From NCBI GenBank assembly GCA_907165135.1, contig OU015567.1:13578001-13642000 (forward strand): 64,000 nt of DNA, read 5' to 3'. Position 1 is the first letter of the stretch. Each line of letters opens with the position of its first letter. The notes beneath the pieces were generated by a model that had not been told where the DNA came from, ran no database searches, and saw only the letters and a list, made by a program, of their open reading frames with translations. The DNA is from Oikopleura dioica. Taxonomy: Eukaryota > Animalia > Chordata. The position numbers and the translations under genes were made by a program. Below are positions 25,736 to 35,809 of the stretch, piece by piece.

Positions 25736-26973
25736 CTATTTGATGTGCACAGAAAACATAGAATCAGTATCGCCTTCCGAAATCCAGCGAGTTCGTCTTT
25801 TTGGAGTTCCTCCATCCTCGTCTAAAACATTTTCATTGCATTTCAATCATTTAAAAACGAGCTACCTTGATGCATAACATGATGCGTAAGTCTGCTTACA
25901 AATCCCTCTGCCAGCTCTTTCAAATCCTTTGGCAAAACAAGTTCTCGCTGGAGATCGAAGTTTTTATCTTCTACGAATTTGTACATGAACACATATCTGT
26001 AGAGCAAGCTGACGAGAAACATTTCAATTACAACAAGTGCGTTATGCAAAATAGTGCCGCGCCCAGCTGCTGTATGAGGATAGACGCAGGAGTAATTGAA
26101 GAATGATATAATAATTGGCTGGATGTTTACACTGAAATACACGTAAAAATTAACCTAAGTAATAAACATACGAAATGAGAGTTAGTCGAAAGAGCATGAA
26201 TTTAAATTTGATATGAAAATCGGCCATGCAAAAGTTCAAGTTTTCCGAGAGCACAATGAGACAGAAGACAGCCAGTCCAGTTGATACGAGTCCACCAAAG
26301 AGCGACGAAATACTACCAGTGTCAACAGTCCAGATTCCCTCTGCGACGAAGCAAGCATTTGCGATGATAAACGCACAGCGGACAAAGACGCATTGCAGGG
26401 ATCCCCAGTAGAGTTGAGAAAACCACTCGCGAGAAGGAGTTATTCTGAAGCACTCAAGAATACTTGTATTTGCTTGCTATTTACCGAGGTATACAAAAGA
26501 AAAATCTCCATAGCCAAATTCTCACCGACCATTTTGTCTTTTTCGCTTGATTGAGAAAGTGGTCAAAGCTGTCGAAATAGTCCAAAATCAAGGAGAAAAG
26601 CGCATTGATTGACAGACCAAAGGTGAAATTCAAAATGAATGTCATAAAAAGCGCGATCCTTGGAGAGAGCAAAATCATCAGTGAGCACAAGCAACACACC
26701 GGTGGTGTTCTCAAGATTGCGTCAATGTAGCCTGCTCTAATTGGCTTCTTTTTGTACAAGCCCATTGTGTAGTTGACGAAGTAGTGGATGGAGTAGCAGT
26801 TGATGCAGGTTGAAACTGAGATCAGAACTAGAACAAGCATTCCAACATTTTCTAGCGTTTCAGCTGCTGCTACTGTCATCGCTGACGATGGAGGTCCAAG
26901 GGCACAGGAATCCACTAAAACTCAAGATTGTCAACTTTATGTTTGAGTACATACCCGCTGGTAGAAGTTCCAT
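25736..26973 (-). CDS. SLC51A: Organic solute transporter alpha-like (SLC51A/TMEM184 family)
   Basis: PPVCCLCSLMILLSPRIALFM..SLILDYF and CVYPHTAAGRGTILHNALVVIEMFLVSL resemble OST-alpha motifs. Start MELLPA (26973) is spliced to the 26915 exon; the upstream frame is open, so the N-terminus may be longer. Confidence 0.7.
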
Positions 26974-27119
26974 GGCCCGAACTCGGGGATCTCTTGAGGG
27001 GGATGACTTCCCAAGAAAAATTTCATTGTACTTATCAGGGGTCAGTTCTAAAGCTTCACCCATTGACAATGGGCCATTGTTCAAGTGGAATGCTTGTGCT
27101 GTCCTGGTAGAAGCCCTAA

Positions 27120-27700
27120 TCATTCTCTCTGGATATAAAAAATGAATGAATATAAAAATTCCGTCAAATTCAAGTTCAAATAAAATACCAAAAAAGACGC
27201 CTGTCTGACCCTGCCTCACCAGTATCCCCCATTCTCTGAAATCCATTTCCTCGTGTTTTCCGTTTTTATGATGTCTCGGAAGCTCAAACCACAAAATTAA
27301 AAAATTTATCACCAGATGCTCTCACGCTGGAAGTCGCTATGTTCAACCACTGTGAGATGAATTGAAACGCACTAAACATACGACCATTTGATATTTGCGG
27401 GTCCTGGCGTTCACACCGGTGGTCAGGAAGTTTTTACAGTTTTATTTTATGAATTCCAGGCGCCAGGGTTACATTTTTGATGTGCAATTTTGACCCTGGA
27501 TTTCAAAATAATAAAAAGAAATGAATTTTTTTGAGATTGTCGAAGTGATTTTGACATAATAACTGACGCTAACTGCACGGGACTCTTACCACAGATCATA
27601 GTTTCGTCAGCATGTTCATCACCTTCCCTACTGCAGTCGATTGCCATTTGCAGGTAGAGATCGCTCAGACTGCATTTTAACGAGCTCACACCACATGCTA
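27120..27700 (-). CDS. Unidentified spliced coding segments upstream of the OST-alpha-like gene
   Basis: Exon-like pieces MAIDCSREGDEHADETMIC|GSKLHIKNVTLAPGIHKINCKNFLTTGVNARTRKYQMV| joined by GT-AG junctions; continuation unresolved. Confidence 0.3.
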
Positions 27701-28419
27701 AGCTGTCATAGATCAGAAAACTATATCGTATCGAAAAGGAGTAAATCAAGTACAGCAACCGTACTTATCATGTCTACCACAGGGTCGATCTGAATTCACC
27801 TTTTTCAGCTACTTTCAACATAGAAAGTGACCCTTTAAATTTATATCAGTTCGATCAGCAGCCCATTATTATGCAATTAATTAGTATCTAAGTCTTTTCT
27901 TCCGGCCACCTGCGAGAAGCGAATCCAAATAAAACTTAGCCGGTGTACATTTCAACACATCACAACAGCGGTTTGACAAGCGTTTATGCTTAGATAGGGG
28001 CATTTCTCACTGAGGAGGGGTTATAAATTACTAACAGATGTCACACCATCACGGCCATCTCCGCGCTAAGCTATCTTCTTTTTCCGCTGCTTTAAGCTTT
28101 TTTATCATTACTGCCTTTTAAGGTGTTTTATTATGGAACAAGACCAAGTTTACTGAAGCTCTATGGAAACAATAAAAAACGACATCGTTTTTGCGTGATT
28201 TTATGCAGACTTTTACGGTTTAAAAATGCTTTTATCTGGTGATTCAAGTCATTGTACGAAATAAGGGAGATTCGATGTCTCAACTTTATGAAATGTGAAA
28301 TCCAAGAAAATTATTTTAGCGTGAAAATTTTTTTACTCGTAAGAACTAATCTTCATAAATGTCACAGATATCTAAGAACACGATGGTTTTCACAAGCAAA
28401 GCTTAAGTTATAAAATCAA

Positions 28420-31400
28420 CTCTTGATGGGGTCAACGCTTGTGGTAGCGTGGTGACGAAGGCGCAGAAGGGTTTCTTAGCACTCACCGCTGACGAGACTC
28501 AGAATACTTTTGCAGAACTTCGTTGAGCGAAGTCCCAGTTTCAAGCATTTTTTAATTGAAGAGTACTAGCTGAGCTAGATCTCAGGTTCATAAAAATGGA
28601 ACCTCAGTGGAAGATTTCCGCAGAAGGCGTTGGAAAAGAGGCAAAGTTTGAGTTTCCCGGAAAGGAGGGCATCGAAGCTCAATGGTTTTTAGGTGAAGGC
28701 TTATTTTTTGCCAGAAAAGAAAAAGGTTTTTAGATGACCAGAGAATCGAAGAAAACGATATATTTTCTTTTGGATCGACCGATGGAATGAACTGGGTGAA
28801 AATGACCAGTGTTTCTGAGGCAGATGTCGGAAAGAAAATCGCGCTCGTTCTTGGAGACGATCGTCAGGAAGTCACGATTGAGTTCAAAGATAAACCAGCT
28901 GAAGAACCTCAAGAAGCACAAGAGCCAGTTCCGGAATCAGAAAAATCTGCAGAGCCCGAAAAAGTTCCTGAAGCGGAAAAAACACCAGAGCCAGCATCGA
29001 TGGAGGAAAAACCAAAAGAAAAGGCTCCTGAACCAGCCAAGCCGGCACCAACACCCCCAACAGACAAGCCCCTTGAAACAGTGAAAGAAGATGAAGCTCT
29101 CGAAACAGTAAGTACTCATACAAATTTCACCGTTTATCTGCTCTAGAAACCTAAATGGGTACCACCTCCTGGTGTTGACGTCAGCAGGCCGTACAAAGAT
29201 CCCAAGACTGCTAAACTGATAGATCCGGCGACAGGCGAAGAGATTGATATTGATTTGACAGACAAGAAGGCAGAAAAGGCCGCTCTTAAGATTCAGGTTT
29301 TCTTTAAGATTCTAGGTCTTTTTTCTTCATATTCAGGGCTTATTTCGCGGCCATTTGACTAGAAAGCTGGGTAAAATGAAGATCCTCGCCATGATGGGTG
29401 TTGGAGTTCAGAAGATCAGGAAAAACCTGATGACTCTCGAAATCGTCAAGCCACAGCCTACTGTTACTGTCAAACCCGCTGGAGTCAAAACGAAATGGTT
29501 TCGAGATCCCAATCACGGATACTGGGTTCAGCCAGGGGTCTGGATTTTGGCCAAAAATGAAAAGCGAAAGCGAAGCGAAAGCGAAAATTTTTCAAAAATT
29601 TTAAGCGAAAGCGAAGCGAAGCGAATCAAAATTTCGTGAGCGAAAGCGAAGCGAAGCGAAAAATTTTCCTAAAAAGCGAAAAAAAGCGAAAATTTTCCAG
29701 GAATATATAACCTTTGAAAAAGTGCCCATTTCATGTATGATTTCATTTTAATTAGTTTTTCGGACATTCGGACGATGGTCTCAGTTTGCCTGCGTCGCCG
29801 TTTACCCAAGTCGCCGTTTCCCAAAATCGTCGTTTACCTTACATTGGAAAACATAGATCTTGGGCAAACGGCGATGTGAAAAAAATTATATAGATTGATA
29901 ATTAAACATTGTTTGGCTTCTCCAACGTCAATCCTGGCTTCATCAATGTCAATCCTGGCTTCACATACTTCAATCATGTATTGTTCAACATCATCCATAT
30001 TTTATCAATGATGGCTTATTTATCGTCAAGTCTGGTTTCAACATCTTCAATTCTGTTTTTACCGACTTCAATCATGGGCCATTCATGGCTTTTCCAATGT
30101 CAATCCCGGCTTCTCCAATGTCAAATTGACATTGTCAATCCAAACTTGAAAAAGCCATGATCGACAAGTGAGAAGCCGGAATTGACGTCCGAGAGGCTAG
30201 GATTGAAAATGGTGACGCCCGGATCGGTGTTAAAGAAGCCGGGATTGATGCTGGTTGATGCCAAGGTTGATATGATGATTTATATCATATAAATTATATG
30301 ACAACCAGGATCGACGTCTGAAAAGCCAGGATCGAAGTTTTTGAAGCCGGGATTGAAAATGGTGATGTCAGGATTGATTGTGGGGAGGCCAATATATGTA
30401 GTCATAAGATCAATCGATTTAAATTATAATACAGTTAATTATGGAATTTTTGGACATTTTATGTCCCAAGATTTTCGCAAAAATGTCCAAAAATTTGATA
30501 CACGCGGCCAAAAAAAATGTCCCATCCAAATCTCCATCATTCTTTGTTTAATCCTTCTTCTAAAGACAAAAAATGTTTTAGGGGTACGAGATCAACCTTC
30601 AATCTTATCTTTCTCAAAAGTAAAAATTTAAGATAAAGAAAAGTAAGATTTTTAATAATAAAAAACTTCATATCTGGCAAAAAAAAACCGAAAATTTAAA
30701 AATTTGGCGCGGAAAATGTCCAAAAATTTGATACGGGCACTTTTGAAAAGTGTCCCAAGAAAACCCCTTAAAATAGCAAAAATGTCCAAAAATTTGATGT
30801 CCGAAAATTCCATAAAAAACTGTACATCGCCGTTTGTCCAATACGCCGATTCCTCATGTTGGGCAAACAGAGATCTTGGGCAAACAGCGACTCAAGAAAA
30901 TGAAGACCACTCCATTCGGACTCCCTCTCCGATTTTTCAAATTGCAAATTTTCCGAGGTTTGTGAGCTGAGGAGGCTGTGTGGCTCAGCTCAGGTCAATC
31001 ATTTTATAATATTGACTGCCTAGCTCAAATTAACTGAATGAATTTGAAGAGTCAGCTCAGCTCAATGATTATTTGTGAAGGACAGCTCAGCTCAGCGCAG
31101 CTCACAAAATTGGCTACTTTGAAAACAGTAAAACTTCTCTCAGGTCAGCTTTTACATCAGCTTTTTACTCCGCTTTGTGTTGGTGCTAAAAACTCACAGT
31201 GGCCAGGTACGGGCAAGGTATCAAGCTGTGCAAATAGGATGCAAGGGGCTCACCGACATGTGCTCCCACTGCGAAGTCCCGCAGAGACTTTTCCTAGCAC
31301 CAACTCTGAGCAAGGCTCGGTGTGAGATGGATTGAGCCAATAAATAGGGGGAACTGAGCTGCAAAATCGGATCAAGCTCAGCCGGTTAAAAGTGAAGATA

Positions 31401-32349
31401 TAAAAGAATAAAGATTGAAATTTTATGAAATCTCGCCATATATGGTGATTTTTTCGGAGATTTCGATTATGAACCCCAAAATGATCTTCATAAAAAATTA
31501 AGAGCCTCGGTTTGGCAAGAATATAAAAAATATAAGAAACGGTATCGCTATCTATAATCTGCTCTTTTTGCCTTGACACATTTTTCTCGACTATATTTTG
31601 AGCAGACAGTACCAATTGGTACCCGAACCTTCTTGTCTAAGGCAGGCTTAGGCGAGCTTTGGTAAGATAATATTATTTTCGGCCTCTGAATCAAAATCTA
31701 CAAAAAAAATTACGAGGTAATTTAAAAGGTAATTTATTTTATGAAATTCCAATTTTTTACTCTTTTATAATTTCACTTTTGAGCTTATCCTCGGCTTAGC
31801 TTGCTGATTTTGAAGCCATCTCACACCGAGCGTTGCTCGAAATTGGTGCTAGGACCAGTCTCTGCAGGACATCGCAGCAGGTTGCGCGTGTCGGTGGGCC
31901 CGTTGCATCCTATTTACACAGCTTGACACCTGCCTGTACTTGGCCACTGCGAGTTTTTAGCACCAACACAAAGCGGAGAACCCCTGCCAATTTAGCTCAT
32001 TCAGCAAAATTTCCACTCGAGTTTAAGCTAAAGCTAAATAAAAAAGGATAAATTTTCAATTCTTGGAAAGATTACTTTTGAGCGAAATTTTCGCGAAAAT
32101 TTTTGGTAAAAAGCGAAAGCGAAGCGAAGCGAATTGAAATAACAAAAAGCGAAAGCGAAGCGAAGCGAATTCGCTTCGCTTCGCTTCGCTTCGCTCATGA
32201 GCGAATTCGCAAAGCGAATCCAGACCCCTGGTTCAGCTCGAAGTTAAAACTCGTAAGAACTTTATTCTAAGATTTTGGACTGATCAATATTTTCAGAAGA
32301 CACCTGGGGTGAGGTCGGAAAATTCCGTCGACGCTCAATCTTTGAATAA
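28420..32349 (+). CDS. Intracellular Ig-like + Pro/Glu/Lys-rich + IQ-motif protein; late exon interrupted by a hAT-like element; 5' start unresolved
   Basis: Ig-like AQWFL.D..IEE and GVNACGSV; PEVK-like EPQEAQEPVPESEK..; EEIDIDLTDKKAEKAALKIQ|GLFRGHLTRK (neurogranin/SPA17-type IQ). The empty site reads YWVQLEVKT|QDTWGEVGKFRRRSIFE-stop (32347-49). Confidence 0.65.
29794..30891. repeat. Nested foldback unit with palindromic ends and an inverted 21-bp minisatellite
   Basis: Ends GTCGCCGTTTACCCAAG..TTGGGCAAACGGCGATG (29794-29876) and CATCGCCGTTTGTCCAA..CTTGGGCAAACAGCGAC (30825-30891); 21-bp units TTCTCCAACGTCAATCCTGGC from 29918 and reverse-complement units ~30168-30390; AAAATGTCCAAAAATTTGAT repeats 30480-30800. 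Confidence 0.7.
31168..31978. repeat. Long diverged inverted repeat (~163 bp arms)
   Basis: 31168-31330 is the reverse complement of 31816-31978 with scattered mismatches (roughly 80% by eye), flanked by GCTCAGCT-rich sequence. Confidence 0.8.
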
Positions 32350-32463
32350 GTACTGGCCTTTAATTCGATATTTTCTGTGACGTCTGTACAGTTGTAATAA
32401 ATAGAAAGCATTGTGGGTGATACGAGGTGATAATTACGTGCACTGAAAGCTTTGATCAATCGC

Positions 32464-35289
32464 TTAAAGTAAGAATCGATAAGCTTCAGGCCTTAGACCT
32501 CGCTTCTTCGTTCGTTTTCGCTCGATCAGGCGCACTTGTGAACGCTGTCGTAGGGAAGGAATGTCAGATGCTTTAAATGTTTCGCGTTGTTCGATCGGCA
32601 GTGGCAGTTGTAAATTCGGAACAGCTCGGAACGGCACTTTTGTGAATTTTTGTCCGCTTCCGAGCACCATAAAAGGGAAGGATGTTTGTGTTATTACTCT
32701 GGAGTTCTCTTCTTCTAGCGCAGCCTAAAAGACAATAATAAAAGTTGAAAGCTGGAAGTAAGAGTTTAGAAAAAACGAGGAAATTGCTGCAACGCAATTT
32801 CGTATTCGCGATTCAAACAAGGTTATTTATTGCGTTTAGTAGTTCTCGTTTCAAGCCTAAGGCGACCGCCCTAATCGCTTGTAGATCTTTCTCACAAATC
32901 ACCTTTTTAGCAACAGGGCATTCGAGATTGATGCAAGCACGCGTGATCCCGTATCTCCAGTTGTGAACAACTGCACCAGGATGAAATCCGACAGGAGACG
33001 GGGATCGGTAGTCTTGTAAAGTTTCGAATATTTTGGCGTTTTTGTTGAAGAAGCCTTATTTTGACTCTTTTCCTGAAATAGTTCCAGGCGTGCAATGCAG
33101 TGTCCGATAGACCTGAGTCTGTAGCCCCAGCTCAGAAATAAATCGCATTCGTCTATCCAAACTCCTGTTCCTTTCAATTTCATCACTCTCCTAAAACCTC
33201 TTTGAACTCAATCCTTGTTGATTTCAAAGTTAATTTACGCGATGACACGTTTTATCTGAGCGACTCCCGCATACGATTGTGTCATCAACTCTCTATTACC
33301 TTTATTGGATAAGAAATGCATTCCTCGACAAAATTGAAGCGTTTCCTCGCTGAGCGTACCGGTATTCTTGAGAGAGATCGAGGGCGAGCTCGTGGTCTTC
33401 TTTTGAGTTTTTCTTCTGACGATCTTGCGTCGGCTGATTTTTTAGATCTGTTTGAAAGCAACAAGGATGCTTCTGTTTCTTAGGGTTCGAGACTTGAAGT
33501 GAATGTCCATTCATTAGTCTTGAACCTTTTCCTTTATTCAACTCTTCTCGTCGCTGCTTTGCCATTTCTTCCCTCGCTTTCGCTACAGCTGTAGTTTGAT
33601 ACAGCGACCCGAGAGTATTCAAGAACTTTGCATACGGATCTTCGGCATCAGGAGATAATGACAGAGGGTAGGCTCTTCTGAATCCACTTTTATCAGGGTT
33701 ATATTTTGTCTTTTGCCCAAAATTAAACTTGTATGCGAAAAAATCAGAGTATACATTTACAGCTCTTAAATAATTGCTAATCACCCTAGCCAAGATGCTT
33801 AGATTCCCAAACGGCATCAGCGAGAGCACGTTTCGCGAGTTTCTCAGAACGATCCATGTCAGGTTTGTGTCGTTCTTTCTTTGAAAGACGATCTTGAGAC
33901 TTTTTCTTCTCCGCATTCAGCGCGACGACACGATCAGAAGCTTTTACGTGAATAAGTTTGAACGAGTCTTCGAGGAGTTGTTCTTTGATTTCTTTGTCCA
34001 TCGGACTGTCAGTGTGAAAGGAAGGAGTGTGGTTGACTTCGATGACCCAAGGTTTCAGGCGCTTGTCGAGCATAATGTCGAATCCAAGAATTTCAAAGCA
34101 TGCTGATTTTTCCGAATGATGGGCAAAGCATGTTCTGTAATTGTGCTGCAGCGTGTTTTGCGCTGATATTAATGTTTTAACAATAACATCGTCGATCTCT
34201 CTCCAGACTTGTCCAACATCGTGTCCGTTTTCCCTTAAAATAAGGTTGACTTTCATATTATTTTTGCTAAGTTACCTGAGCCATTCATTAATAGCAGCGA
34301 ATCTTCTTTTATGACCCTCGCTGTCATCGACAACAAAATTTTCTGACTCCTTGTTGATAGCATAGTTGGTCAGGTGCATCATGCTGTCAAGAGTTCCTCG
34401 ATTAACACAATCTGTCTGATAATTGACAAATACAAGCAGATAGAAAATTACTGCAATAATTTGGGAACACATTCCTGTCATCTATGTTACTGGTAGTGGG
34501 TTCTTTGTATGGCGTTGTGGCGAAACGAGCAAGTCCTTCGTGGAAAACATAAATTCTGAAAGGATCGCATGACGTGACCAGAACATATACGCGAAGATCA
34601 AATTTAAATCCATCGATCAGAAGTGGGTGAGCGAGATATTGTTGGACGACATAGCCTTGTCAGCGTTCTAGCAAGTGACTAGCAAGGATAAAGGTAGTTA
34701 TAGGGGGACCTAGAACGTTTCCTTCACTAGTTTTGACATCTTTATGAGGCTTCCGCGAGAGAAAGATCCCCCGGCCTTGGCATCCCCTTTGTGGCTTGCA
34801 AATAAATATCTTTTCTTTCTTCCGTCCGCTCAAGAATGTCAGAAAATCAGCCTGATCTGCCGGAAACGTCCACGTCCGCGGAAAGATCTGATAGTCTTTC
34901 CCAAACTGTTTGTACATCCGCGTCAGATTTCGCGAAAGAAGATCTTTGCGAGAAATTTCGTTCATGCCAGGAAAATGGTTGATTCTTTGGTAGCTCTTCA
35001 TTTTCAAGCATCTTTCGATTCCCACTGATTGATCGTTCCAAAACACTGTCCATTCCTCATCTTCATCCATTTCCGTAAATCCTTGCCGCTAAAAAAAATT
35101 TCCGTTGCCAAGCCAACGAAATGGAAATTATCTCACCTTCGACGCTCTTTTCACCGAATCGTAGTAACAATTTACTAAGCAAATGCCGGGTTTGTTCATT
35201 TTCCGAGGTTTTCTCTTTTTCAATGCGTTTTTTCGCTGCTCTTTTTTCTTCGATAAGGTAATTGGGGTTTCCCCGTCGGTCTCGGCCAT
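32464..35289 (-). CDS. TTLL6: Tubulin polyglutamylase, TTLL6/TTLL13-like; 3' exons uncertain
   Basis: WTVFWNDQSV..QRINHFPGMNEISRKDLLSRNL, FICKP..GCQGRGIFL, MHLTNYAINK, CFEILGFDIMLD..LKPWVIEVNHTPSFHTD, ESDEIER..RR..ISELG; ATG 35289. Confidence 0.88.
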
Positions 35290-35809
35290 GATTATTTTCT
35301 TTCAATTTTGACGCTCTTTATTGTCTGAGGATTTGTTTAATTTTTCTCTAGGGGCCCCAACTGAGTAACTCCAGAGCTTCCTGGTTGTTCTCTTGCCAGC
35401 TCAAACACTCAAGAATTTCTTCTCCTCGATCATTTAATTTGAAGAAAAAAATAGATAAAGTAATTGACGCAAAGCTGTTCTAATGCGACGAAAAATCTCA
35501 ACAGCAGGAGAGCGTGTTCACGAGCGAATGTTTCCTTTGTGTCCGGTCTATTCTCACCAGCATTTTTCGTTTCTTTCATCAGGACAAACAACAAATACGA
35601 TAGGGCTTGAAAGAGCCTGTCAATCAGATCTAACCAGACTGTGAATCTGCAGAATCAAGAAATAAAACTTGAAATAAAGAGAAAATATATCCGATAGAGG
35701 ATAAAAAATGATATCAACAAGGAGTAAACGACAATATTATGTTTATTTACAACATTTAAATAAAAATATTCGCAGTGATATAAACGTAGTGGTAACCAAA
35801 TGAAATTCG

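Larger units (their letters stand above)
29533..32230. mobile_element. Composite non-autonomous hAT-like element (2698 bp) inside a coding exon
   Basis: 14-bp TIRs CAGGGGTCTGGATT / AATCCAGACCCCTG; TSD GTTCAGC (29526-32 and 32231-37; 7 bp, or 8 bp GGTTCAGC with one G lost or shared); subterminal GCGAA/GCGAAA arrays at both ends. Confidence 0.88.

Noticed and set aside
32899-33186. ORF MMKLKGTG.. as a separate gene (exosome-like)
   Set aside because: An alternative spliced frame gives TTLL6-like ESDEIER..ISELG, so the region is better explained as TTLL 3' exons.
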